A stretch of 63,467 nt of DNA, counting the filler, from Craspedostauros australis (taxonomy: Eukaryota): the NCBI GenBank assembly GCA_030167865.1. It is 7 parts of 7 records of this genome, joined end to end, with 100 filler letters (N's around TTAATTAATTAA, not from the genome) between each part and the next. Parts side by side here need not be neighbours in the genome. Positions count along the whole stretch, not along the records: positions 1 to 28,478 come from JALAGF010004399.1; 6 more parts are not named here. One strand, written 5' to 3'. Position numbers and translations under genes: made by a program. Under the pieces are notes generated by a model. It saw only the letters and a program-made list of their open reading frames with translations, was not told the origin of the DNA and did no database searches. Below, in pieces: positions 1 to 11,299 of this stretch. Within the stretch, counting starts at the first letter, position 1; every line of letters begins with the position of its first letter.

Positions 1-2295
1 TGCACATCGCACCGCATCACAATATGATACATCATATCACTCTCCATGCAACAACAGTTTTGTGTTCACACCAACGATTCTGTGCGAGCACAAGATAGAG
101 TCACGCTCCGGAAATTCAAGAATCGCGAACAAGTCCCAAACGACGGAAGAAAAAAGAACGTTTTGGGATGAATGACCACTGCGACTCNGTTGAAGCGCCA
201 ACGAGCACCGTGGCGTCTGTGCGTTATTCACCTAATAGGTAGCTTTCCCATGAGTTTTAGCCCTCCATAACTCTTAAAAGATAACGCCTTCAAGAGGTAG
301 AAGGTGTTCAATAGAAACTTAACATTGATAGGAAGAGTATTATATGGTTGGATACCCGATCCGTGATGCGACGCCGACTTTACTGTACTATTTTGGCTCA
401 GGCGGGTCTTATGATGGTAGTCTGCATCAGGCTTTGTACCCAAATCTCCAGTTCCTCGGAAGTGTATGCTCTGCGCGCTTCTGGGACTGGCGCTCTCTGG
501 CTTCATGACGCTGTGCTCGTCCCCGGCTCGCGAAGTGCTGATGGTCTGATGATGTTCCTGATGCTACCGCCGTTGTTGGCGTTTGGTGCAGTATTTGTGT
601 GCATGCGCAGATCGGAATTGAAGGTTGTTGGGAATGGTGGTACCAGTGAATCTGATTTCTTTCAGAGAGAAGATGGGCGCGCCCCATCAGCGTGCCTACG
701 GAGTGGAGCCTCGAAGCTTCGCTACGATGTGATAGTAACTGCCATAGAGCCGCGACAGATGTGCATTCCAGTTCGCTGCCATGCTATTTGGACCGCACCT
801 TGCTCGTACTCCACGCGTACGGTAATATTCTATTATACTACACAACCACTTCACAAAAGATAGAGATGATCATGCTGAGCACAGGGACGTTGATGCCTCA
901 ATCGATGCGACAGCGCAGCGCCATTGCGGCCATCGTGGTGTGTGAGGCTCTTGTCATTGCGTCCAAGAAATGCATGTCGCTTCCAACGCAAGCCTATCTG
1001 ACGCGGCAAGAATGTCAATCGGCCTCGTGCAAGTTCGGTTTCGTGATGCGGAAGGAAGCAAGAAGACACCATATTTTTGGCGGTGGAAGTGAAATGGGTG
1101 AAGTTGGTCGTGGTTGGTATGGTTGCGACATGAATTGGCGCGTCGTATTTAACATATGATTGGACTGAATCGTGTCTTCAACGCCCTTCCGTATTCCCCG
1201 TGGTGGATGGTTTCTCCGTCAAGGGGAAAGAAAGGCAGCCAGCATCGCCGTCGTGGTTGAAGGAGGGTATGTGGCTTAGAAAAGTACAAAAAACAGAGTG
1301 ATTCTGGGCCAGACACGGACGTTGGGGTACTATCTGCCACGAGCTTGTTGGTGCAGATGAGACGCATTGTATCGCAGTGGGGTAGCGACGTACGATGATC
1401 TGCTTGCAGAGCAAGCGGAGTTCTTGAACCGTCCTGCGTGAATAATTGTTCACACTTTCGGTTGGTGTCGACCTCCGCAAGACCAGTACGCCACAACGAC
1501 AACACACCATGGCGTCACAACGATGTCACCAAGATTGCAGCATCGCGAACCTCTTTCTGCTGGCGCGCTGTCGTTTACGGTCTGGGGGAGAGCGGAAAGG
1601 GACGCAGCACGCAGGGCAAGCAGGGCACGCAGGCACGACAAGAAAAAGACAAGAACCAAGGAAGTTGAGAAGCGGAGACAAAAAGGAGGCAGAGACCAAT
1701 AGTTGGTGGCACAAAACTTCCCGTCACCGAACTTGTCGGCCTTCACACACACGGCCATCGCCGCTTCTTGCCTCCTCGCGATCACCTCTCTGGAACAGAG
1801 AAGTCGCCAGAGCACTAGTACCAGCATCGTTACGCAGGCGGGCTGCGAATCGGAGTATCATACGACTGGCAAAGAAAGAAACAACAGCACAGCACAGCAA
1901 GAGTGGCAAAGAACACACCACTCCTCGCCACAGGAGCCAGCGTCATCTTCAAGCAAAGCAAAACAGACGGCCTCCCTCTTCTCGTTGGGGTGTGCGTACA
2001 AGGCTCTCTGTCTGGCATTCCCATTTCGCGCATGCAGAAGCGAGTTTGCACGCGACTGAGTATCTGGACCCACACACTTCGTTGTTCCGGAGACTGCTTG
2101 TCGGTTCCGTTTGTGCTATTGAGGAGCTGCCTCACTCTCTCCACACAGACTCTCTCTCTTGTCACACTTTCGATCGACAGAGAAGACAACAACGCTGCCA
2201 CAACATCCAGCAGACAGGAGTTCACCACTGTTGCATTACATTCGCATTTGTATTTGCACTCGCAAAGCAACAGCCCAACCAAGAGAAAGGACGCC

Positions 2296-2784
2296 ATGAT
2301 GCTCAATCCACCAAGCCAAAGCGTATCAATGTCGATTCAGAACCACCGCGGCACAGAACAGAGGCTTCGCCCATCACGCGGCGGTACCATTGGCATTGAC
2401 AATGACAATCACAATGACGGCCGCCGCAGAGACAACAGCAAGGGCGCTCTGAAGAAGTACCTCTTTGAGAATCCGGCCATGGACACCATCGTCGATGAAG
2501 ACGGCGACTGCGAGCAAGATTGCTGCAAATCGCGGCAGATGTCCGACAGCACGGCCGCCACCACGTTGACAGAACAATCTTCCATGGGATCTACACGACC
2601 GCGACCTCGACCACGGCCATCCAACAGAAGACCCGCACAGCCACGCACGGCGGCACCCACGCGCACATCGAGCGGATCGACGGCAGCACCGAAACGAGCC
2701 AACGGCTTCATGGTCGTGCCGACCGCGTTTCAGCTGGATTCCAACGCCAAGTCCATCGCCACGAGGATCCGTCCGACGAATTGA
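2296..2784 (+). CDS. Hypothetical low-complexity protein (start and exon structure uncertain)
   Basis: 3' part of ORF 1903..2784 has coding-like composition (KGALKKYLFENPAMDTIVDEDGDCEQDCC...) and is followed by AT-richer 3'-like sequence. No recognisable domain. A possible acceptor lies near 2180. Confidence 0.35.
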   Translation: MMLNPPSQSVSMSIQNHRGTEQRLRPSRGGTIGIDNDNHNDGRRRDNSKGALKKYLFENPAMDTIVDEDGDCEQDCCKSRQMSDSTAATTLTEQSSMGSTRPRPRPRPSNRRPAQPRTAAPTRTSSGSTAAPKRANGFMVVPTAFQLDSNAKSIATRIRPTN

Positions 2785-3291
2785 TTCATTGATTGACTCA
2801 TGAATTGATTGCATGGATGTATACACGCATACATGCATGCGTGGTGTACCAATACTTGTACAATATAATACAATATCAGATTACAACAATCTAGAGAGTT
2901 ATCTACGTCTTGTGCCTTGGTGGTATCACCAGATTGTTCTTGCGAACTCGCTCCAGACTTGCTTTGGCTGTTCATTGCAGCGTTGTTTTTCGCAGTTCGT
3001 GGTGGTTGTGGGTTGCTCTGGCGCATACAGGTTAAACTAGAGAGACCGATCTGTTGCGTCGATCTCTCCCTTCCGCCGGGGAAGAATCATCTGTTTGGTG
3101 AAGTTCGAGTAGCCAATCACTTCAGCACAAACTCAAGATACTCTATTGCCACGAGCCACAGCTCAACACTCTTTTAGAACCATAGCACGTAGAGTATGCT
3201 ATGCTATGATAGATATATGTGTTTGTAAAAATGATTACTCCAGAATGGATGGGATGGCATTGCATACATACCACACAAGACACTAGAAACC

Positions 3292-4349
3292 TCAACCCAG
3301 CTCCAACTCGACATTGCCGTCCATCTGAGATACGCCTTGGATGGAGATGGGGCTTGCCGCGCTTGGCTGCGGTTGTTCCACCTCTTCCTCCTCGCTGTGC
3401 TGCTGCACAACCGGCTTCCTACGTTTGGATTGCTTCGTTATCTTTGGCTTGACTTCCTCTCTCGTGTTTGTGCGGTCATCGTACGCGTACTCTTGTTCGT
3501 ACTCCTCATTTTCGTCATAGTGTTGCTGCTGCTGCTCTTGTCGTTGTTGCTGCGCAGCACCATGGCCATAGCGATGGCCGCGATATCCCGTGCCCTTGGT
3601 GCTCTCGGGGCCGAAGATACCGTACTGCTTGCGCGACGCCAATCGTTCCTCAAAGGCGCTCGCGATGCGGCCGTCGACGATGACGACATCAAGCGCACGC
3701 GGTTTGATGTAGAGGGAGGCGATGACACAGGCCACGCACCATAGAATGCACGATGCGATGATCACGAGACCGCCCTGATCCAGAGTGCACTCGCTGTCGA
3801 AGCCCTGGTCGGAGACGAGGCTCTTGCACAGGTAGGATTGGAAGATGACGAAGGTGAGGCCGCAGAAGATGATCTCCATGCCGCACAGGACGCGCATGAC
3901 CCATATCTGGAAGCGGCCCATGCTGAAGCAGGAGAGGAAGATGATCCAGAAGATGATGGCCCAGCCCATGAGCACGGCAAGGACGGAGAAGATGCGCGCA
4001 ACCTCGAAGGGGTAATCCGAGACCTTATCCAGCACGGCCTCCGAGTATCCGGCGCAGGATCCCTCGCTCCAATCCAGATCGGCCTCGAAGGCCTTGAGCC
4101 ACGTGTAGAGACCTGCTCCGATGCGCTGTTCTGTGGGAGCCGTGTCGGCTGTCGGATCGAGGAAGATGTTGTTGAAGTCGCTGCCGCGGTCGGAGATGAA
4201 ATCGATGTAGAGGAACCGGCAGGAGCTCACGCCCCACATTGTGCTGCCCAGCGCAGCGATGCAGCTCAGCCACAACCCCAGCACGCTCCACCCGCCGTGG
4301 GGAAAGGAGCTGCGCAATGGCAACAATTGTCGTCGTACGAGGATGTCAT
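3292..4349 (-). CDS. Four-TM claudin-like membrane protein with charged C-terminal tail (apparent 1-nt frameshift near 4299-4302)
   Basis: Four hydrophobic helices with Cys-containing loops (SSCRF; GAGLYTW...C; LCKS...CTLDQGG). The ATG at 4349 gives MTSSYDDNCCHCAAPFP, which joins HGGWSVLG of the long ORF if the 4-G run has one more base. Confidence 0.7.
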
Positions 4350-4390
4350 GTTTGGAATATTGTTGATGGCAGTTGAAATTGTGGAGGCGA

Positions 4391-4439
4391 TTGATTGCAG
4401 TTGATTGCAGTTGATTGCAGTCGATTGCAATTGAAGCAG
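4391..4439. repeat. 10-bp tandem repeat (TTGATTGCAG), about 5 copies, last two degenerate
   Basis: ttgattgcag ttgattgcag ttgattgcag tcgattgcaa ttgaagcag read directly, just upstream of the claudin-like gene. Confidence 0.85.
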
Positions 4440-5939
4440 TGATTGAGAGAGTGATTGAGAGAATGGGCAACATTGTGAGCGCAGTCGATCAATAGCTCAA
4501 TAGCTCCACAGCTCATCTATCCATTTGTGCGTTGGTGCGTTGATGCGTTGTTGCGTTGGATCATCAAGCCACATGTCTTGCCAGAGGGGTGTTCTGAAAG
4601 TCAAGTGAGTAGCTGAAAGGTGTGCAATCAAGGAGAAAGAGTGCTCACACCATTCACATCATCCACATCATCCACATCACCCGCGCCATCCAAGGAAGAT
4701 ATCATCCTGGATACACGCTTGGGACGCACCAAATGCCGTAGAACTTCGCCATGGTCGGTTGCTTGTGTCGTGATGCTCCAAACAAAGCCTTCTTGCTCTG
4801 CTCTCCTATCTCCCTTCTTCTTGCTTCTTGCTTCTTGGTTCGCCGAATCTATCTCCTGTCGCGGATGCGCTGGACAATGTCGTCTGCGCAGGCGCTTGCT
4901 GCCTTGCCCACTTGGCTCTTCAAGGCCGAGAGATGGATACTGATACTGATGGAGTGCTCGAATGCAGCAATGACAATGACAATGACGGCGATGAGGATGA
5001 GGATGGAGATGATGGAGGTGGCGGCAATGGTGATAGCGGCGGCAGCAGTGGTGGTCCTCGTGTCTTTGTACTGTCTCTTGTGGCAGCGCCTTCCTTTCTC
5101 TTCCATCGAGCTGCGCCGTGTTGGGCCGTGCTGCGCTGTGTCGTGTCTGTGTTCATTTCGCTTCGTTCGCTTCGTTCGATTTGGCGTCCGACTTCCCACC
5201 GATGTTCTTCACGACTCGACCCTAATATAATCGAGGTTTGTTGGCCAATTGCATTTAAATTTATTCGGATCTCAATACGATCATTACCGCTTCCATCAAT
5301 CGTGTCACAAAATCGCTTCGTCTATCAACAATTTGGTGAGTGGCCATCGAAAGCGGACGCCCACACGCACAAAGCTGTGTGCACGAGAAGAGCGAGCGAC
5401 ATCAGATCTTCCAAGCCGATGGCGGCATCCCATCGTTTGCGGAGTTGCGGTGCCATGCCAACTCACAGCCAAAATGACGCATACCGTAGACCGCACGAAT
5501 GCAGCAGGCTCAGCTCGCACACTGCCGCACGTCCTCGGACTTGTATTGCATGCAATTCCATCACAGCACCTCATCGCAAGTGCAATACGGAAGTATGGTA
5601 TGGTATGGTATGTATGGCAATGTATTGTATTGTACTCGTATCGTCTTGTCTTGTGCTCGTCTTCATCATCTTGATGCTCCGCACGATGTGCCACCCCATG
5701 CCATAAACGATCGCATTCGATCGAGTATGCAAACAGCATGGGTGGTCGCACAGCTAACGCCGTTGGTCGGTCGGTCAACTATTAACCGATTCGGCAACCG
5801 AACCGACCAACCGGCCAGGGAAAACTGATCCTTTGTCTCTCTCTCTCTCGCGTTGCGTTGCTTTCTTCGTCAACTGCACCCGCCTTCCTTCCTTCCTGCC
5901 TCATCGCCCCTCCGTCGCCAACCACTCCAGCCGACTTCG

Positions 5940-7478
5940 TCACTCCGGTTCCGCCTCAACTTGTTTCTCCGCACGATGCGGATGCGTGGGCCGCTTCTTC
6001 GAATGCCGATTCCAGTCACCGCGCTGACGATCGAAGCGGATCAGCCCGCCGCCCAACACGAGCTGGTTGCCGGTCTCCTCCACCAGCGGGATTAGATTGC
6101 CGTCCGCATCCGTCGCCGCGACTTCCACCATGAGGGGGTCCGACAAGCCCAGCTGGTCCAGCTGGATGTCCGTCATCTGCGGCCACGCCAGCTGCTGCCG
6201 CAACTTGATGTTCACGTCCCAGCTGTGTCCGTCGCCGTGCACGTACAGGAAGGGCAACGATCGTCGCTCCCCCACCATGAAGGTTGACATGTACTCGAAG
6301 ATGGGCCGCGTGGCGGGGGACCGGTTGGCGTGGCCCAGCACGATGACGGCGCGAGGTTGCGTTGTGGTATCGTCGTCATTGAAGTACCGCGTGAACGTCG
6401 CGCGGATCCAGGCCCCCGCCTTCTCCATCATGGGCGCGTAGAAGGGATCCGTTGGTGCGATGTTCGAGAGGTTGATCGTGACGAATAGGACGCCCTCCTT
6501 GTAGAATGAGAACATGTATTCATGATCTGGATCATGCCGCATGCTCGGGAACACGGGCGTACCCAGCGCTTTGCTTTCGCCAACGGATGAGACGTCCCAA
6601 TGCGTGTAAAATTTGCCAAAGATCTGAGTGAACAGATCGAACCGTCCCTGCTTGTCCTCGCAGTCGTACCAGTCGTTGTCACCATGCAGCACGAACATGG
6701 GCAGAGGCGCCGTGCGGAGGATGCCCTCGATGAACCGATAGTACGATGGCTTGCACTGCGTGCGTTCGACGCGCTGGATGTCACCCACGTGCGCAATGAA
6801 TTCGAAAGGCGTGCTCGTGCCATTGGCAGAACGCGTCATGGAGGGAATCTGTTGCACCAGCAGCTTCTCCTCGCGGGTGGAGTACGGCGTGTCGCCGATC
6901 ACGTAGAACCCGAATCCGCCGAACGTCGGTCTGTTGGCGCTGTGAGGTGCCAAGGTCTTGTCCTTTGCGGTCGCGAGAGCCTGCGCTGGATCCGCTTTGG
7001 GTTTGGACCAGCTGGAGACGACGCTCCGACGGCTGACATTCCGCGCCCATCCAAAGCCGGCGAGGGAACTGACGAGGACGATCATGTACAAAACGTTTAC
7101 CATCACCATCCAGAACCGACGTTTGCATGCGGGTGACAGCAGCCACGCTGATAGTGTCCATGGCGATGACGACGATGGTGATGGCGATGGTTTACGGAGG
7201 GACGATGGCGATCCTGGTGGTGACGACGCACCTCGTGGTAGCGAAGGCGTCACCATGACCCTCGTCGGTGTCTCGATATCTCGCGTACGCTCCTGTCGAG
7301 GAAGGAGAGGAGACCGCGTTGTGCGAGTAGGGCTTCTTGAAATCATCTTCATGCCGCTGCTGTTGCTGGTGATGTGGTTGGTGTTGCTCTCGTTGCTGGT
7401 GATATTACTGGTGATATTGCTGCTGTTGCTCTCGTTGCTGGTGGCATCGCTGCTGTTGGATCTTTCGCGGACCTTCAT
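5940..7478 (-). CDS. Type II membrane calcineurin-like metallophosphoesterase
   Basis: Ser/Pro-rich N-terminus, one TM (FWMVMVNVLYMIVLVSSLAGFGW), then metal-binding motifs VIGDTPY, AHVGDI, LHGDNDW, VLGHA and YVHGDGH. Confidence 0.85.
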   Translation of the reverse strand: MKVRERSNSSDATSNESNSSNITSNITSNESNTNHITSNSSGMKMISRSPTRTTRSPLLPRQERTRDIETPTRVMVTPSLPRGASSPPGSPSSLRKPSPSPSSSSPWTLSAWLLSPACKRRFWMVMVNVLYMIVLVSSLAGFGWARNVSRRSVVSSWSKPKADPAQALATAKDKTLAPHSANRPTFGGFGFYVIGDTPYSTREEKLLVQQIPSMTRSANGTSTPFEFIAHVGDIQRVERTQCKPSYYRFIEGILRTAPLPMFVLHGDNDWYDCEDKQGRFDLFTQIFGKFYTHWDVSSVGESKALGTPVFPSMRHDPDHEYMFSFYKEGVLFVTINLSNIAPTDPFYAPMMEKAGAWIRATFTRYFNDDDTTTQPRAVIVLGHANRSPATRPIFEYMSTFMVGERRSLPFLYVHGDGHSWDVNIKLRQQLAWPQMTDIQLDQLGLSDPLMVEVAATDADGNLIPLVEETGNQLVLGGGLIRFDRQRGDWNRHSKKRPTHPHRAEKQVEAEPE

Positions 7479-9299
7479 TCTTTGCTGGTGGTGGCTTTGC
7501 TTTGCCTTGCCTCCGCGAGTGCTCGGTTGCTCTCTCTTGAAAGTTTGCCTCTTTGCGTTTCTCTCTTTGGCTCAGTCTTTGTCTCTTCACGCGTCGTTTG
7601 CGTGGTTGACTCCGTTTCTGTCTCGCAGTGTCGCTCTCTCTCTCTCTCTCTCTTGTACTCCTGCCAATACGCATGCATGCGAGTCCAGTGGATTTCTGTA
7701 TTCTCGAATGAATCCAACTGCTAGCTTGGGCGGCTGACCGAACAACTGATTGACTGATTGGTTTGGTGTATGGGCTTCTTTTTATAATCGCAGTGCCACC
7801 TCTGGGTGCGATGAAGCAAGCGATGGGGGGAAAGATACTTGTGGTGCAATGAGAAGTGCCATCTCATGACATGGTGATGATACGTACCTGCCATACTTCT
7901 CGTCGCTCGAGTGTTGGTGCGAGCGAAAGTCCGAGGATGAATGGATAGCGCAGTGCTCTCATCACTTGTTTGATTGATTGGTCGCATGGGCACCATGCAC
8001 GCATGAGTGTTGTACTTGCAGGTGCTTGTGCAGAGCACATGGATGTGTGTGCGCTGTACCCAACGAGAAGCATGTTGCGGAGGAGACGACGGACCCAAGC
8101 CAGTTTGGCAGTTCCAGTCATACCGTTGGCATGGGAAAGAACGATACGGATTGCTGTTTGTGTGCGCGCCACAACTTTCATTCGTTCGGATCATAAAAAG
8201 TATTCAGATACGAATATATTTGAGAAAGATACCGAACGGTTACAGAAGCCGATTCACTGCTGTAGCCGTTGTCCAGTAATTTCCGCGTGTATCAGAGCCA
8301 CGTCAAACAGCCTTGTCGAGTGAACGAAGCCGATTTGGGGAATCTGCCACATTGTGTGGTTCTTGTTTTTCGTTCGTGGCCGACCCAAAGATACCGACCA
8401 CGATCAGCACCAACGAACCAACAATGATGAAGATGGCCGCTTCCTTCACTCGCTGCGCCATGCAAGCAGCATGCAAGGATGATCAGACAGGTACACACAT
8501 GGACAGATCATCGGCATGTTGGTCTCACGGAGTTGAGGATCGAAGGAAGGGAGCAAAGATATATTCTGCGATGCTATCGTAGAGCATAATTGTCGGTTCC
8601 TGGTTCTGCGCTGATCTCATGAGATATTGGTGGATTTGGTCTTGGTGCCATTGCCATCATGTGTGCAACCTGTTATCAATACCATCGTCATATGATGGTA
8701 TAGTCCTCGGGACCATTGCTTCGATATTGGTACGTGCATGGTGTCGCTATCAATGAATGCGGACACGTGGACGCGGATACGAACATGTGCAAAGACATGA
8801 TGCGAAGGGGCTGAAGCCACGAGCAGCGCATGGGAGAAAGTTGAAGTGAGAAGGGGAGGCACCTCGCAGAATAGAGTATTATATGATTTCCTCGACAGAG
8901 ACCAGGCAGAATGTGAAATGAATCGAGGTCCTGCACCTCGTGCTACTAATCGATGGTAATTCTTGTACACGAACGAGAGAATTCTGCGGTCGTACCACAC
9001 AGAGAAGCGCGGCGAGCTTTATTTCAGAGCGGCGGATGCTTTTGCGCCATCTACGGAATGTTCGCGTGTGGCTCCTGGACTTTTGCACATTCCACCACTC
9101 CACATGGGTACTCGTGTTTTTTTTTTGCTGTATCGGGATGCACATAGTATAGTGGACGCCTTCTTGATTCACTGGCATTGTGGAGTCATGTCTCTTCCAC
9201 TCAAAAGTGTTCGTTTCATTCCCTTCGGTATTGCCAACAAGAGTCGCAGCCTTTGACGGAGGGCACACCCCAACAGGTAGCGATTGGGTAGATCTCCGC

Positions 9300-10514
9300 T
9301 TACGCCCCAGTATGGCGCCCATCCAAATGGCGGATGAATGGTGGCGCATTGGGTGGTCCGAGCAAGTGCGGTCCCCACTTGGAGCAATTCCGAGACGCAT
9401 GCCACCTCATAAGTTGTTCGGTGGGGAGGCCGAACGTGAAGTTCACACCGTGCTGATGATATCGCTCCCAGAACAAGTTGAAGACGTCGTGGTAGTACGA
9501 TACCGTTGTGAGATGATTGCTATCGATGGAGTGGTGCAAGAATGAATGGGTCATTGGCAAAAAAGGAGAGATGGAAACACAAATGAATGAAGGGAGGGAG
9601 GAAGGTACCATGAGGATGACATTGTCGTCGGATGGCATTGTTGAAGCGGGCGCAAAGCCCAAAAAATCGCAGAATACGCACAATGATAGCCACGCGATCA
9701 CTTACTTGTCAGACCATCCGGGAGTCTTGGTGAACTGCAAAACACCCACATCCTCGATGCTCGTGTCCAGGCCGAAGCATGGCCCCCTATCCGCGCCTGC
9801 CGCAACGTTGGGTCTCTTGTTGAAGCGAATGCATTCCAACGTGGTGGGGTACTTCTCCATGGCATGCACAATCTCTTTGTGCAGGACGGGCCGAATGAAC
9901 GCGAAATCGTGCTGAATGACGTACACGTACTTCGTGGTCATGCGTTCTATGGACTGCTTGATGTTGCCCGTGATCCCGAGATGGTACGGCGCCTCGACGA
10001 GGGTGACATGATCATGAATGCCGTACGTGCTGTTGAGATTGTCGATGTACTGCCGCAGCCGATCCAGATCTCCCGGCTGCTTCTCTGTCTCCGGCTTATC
10101 GATGGAGAAGAAGATCGGGGCATCGTGCGGCAGGCCAACCAGCTGGCCCAACGACTCGATCGTCTTGCTGATGATCTCCAAGGACGGATGCGTCGGGATC
10201 AGCGATGTGAGAATGAGGATGCTCGTGTCGTTGGCTGCGTCGTACTCCGCGGCCGACATGTGCAGATCTTCCAGCGGATCGAAGTACTTGGACTGGTCTG
10301 CGAAGATGGGTGCGGGACTGATGGCTGTGTACGAGTAGTTCTGGGCGGACGATTGGAACTCGGCCGCGAACTTCATGGTGTTGACCATGGACACCTCCGA
10401 GTACATGGAAAAGAAGAAGCTCACAGCGAAAGCCGCGACGAAGGCGAGGTACGTCGTTCGTCTCGACTCATTCGCTGGCGTTGTTTCCTTTTTCTCACTG
10501 CGCTTTTTCGCCAT
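9300..10514 (-). CDS. Type II membrane GT-A/GT2-like glycosyltransferase; exons 10514-9706 and 9519-9300
   Basis: N-terminal TM, ILILTSLIPTHPS..IISKTIESL and a DxD-like YVIQHDF. The intron 9705-9520 (AA|GTAAGT ... ATAG|C) joins in frame to give WSDNNHL...FIRHLDGR. Confidence 0.8.
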
Positions 10515-11299
10515 GATGCGTTGCTTCCTGTGCTGCGTTGCTTGTCGTTTGTCACAGATTGCGGATTACGAACGACGGATTGCGTGTCGTAAGAGTGCTA
10601 CTACTACTCTTCTGTACTCGACCCTACTCTCTGGAAAGAGAGTGTTCCACAACGGTGTTGCACTTGGTATTGCACTTGGCGTTGCGGATGTCTTCAAGTC
10701 AGGCTGCGTGGCAAGGATTTATGAATGGGAGCCTCTTTTCAATGGGCAGTCTGTTGCAATGCTGTGCTCTCTCTCTCTCTCTCTCTCTCTATCCGGTCTT
10801 TATGTGAGTTGTTGGTTGTTGTTGCTGTGGATGTTGTTGTGGATGGTGTTCGTGGTGACCCTTCGACAAGTATTGCGATTATGATTCCGGAGAATGTCGA
10901 CCACCACGAGGAAAGGTCAACGAAAAGGGCGCGTTTGTTGGTCGCGAAGCCGCTTCTCGATGCTGTTTTCAACGGTCAACACCTCGCCACTGGTCAGCAA
11001 GCAACAGAACAGGAAGAACACCAGGTGTTGTTCATTTCTTCAGACTACCGAAGTACCTTCAGAAACTCGAAACACTGGTGACATGTCTACGCGCGCGAGC
11101 TAGAGAAAGGTTATCGCAAAAAATTGAGAAGAGCATCGGCAGAGTATTATCGTGTCCGCAGAAAACGTTGGAAAGAGCACGCGGGTACTCGTACCATGCA
11201 TAATATAATACTATACAACACGAGCACGTTGCTACTCTTTTCAAAGGGTATATAATGCTATACAGACGTTCACCATCGCTACTATCATAATCGTAAACT

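Noticed and set aside
348..1159. ORFs 348-863 and 692-1159
   Set aside because: Non-ATG starts, no motifs, composition not gene-like.
4751..5230. Overlapping ORFs over GAT/GGC-rich low-complexity sequence
   Set aside because: Open frames on both strands are explained by trinucleotide-like low complexity, and no frame is convincingly coding.
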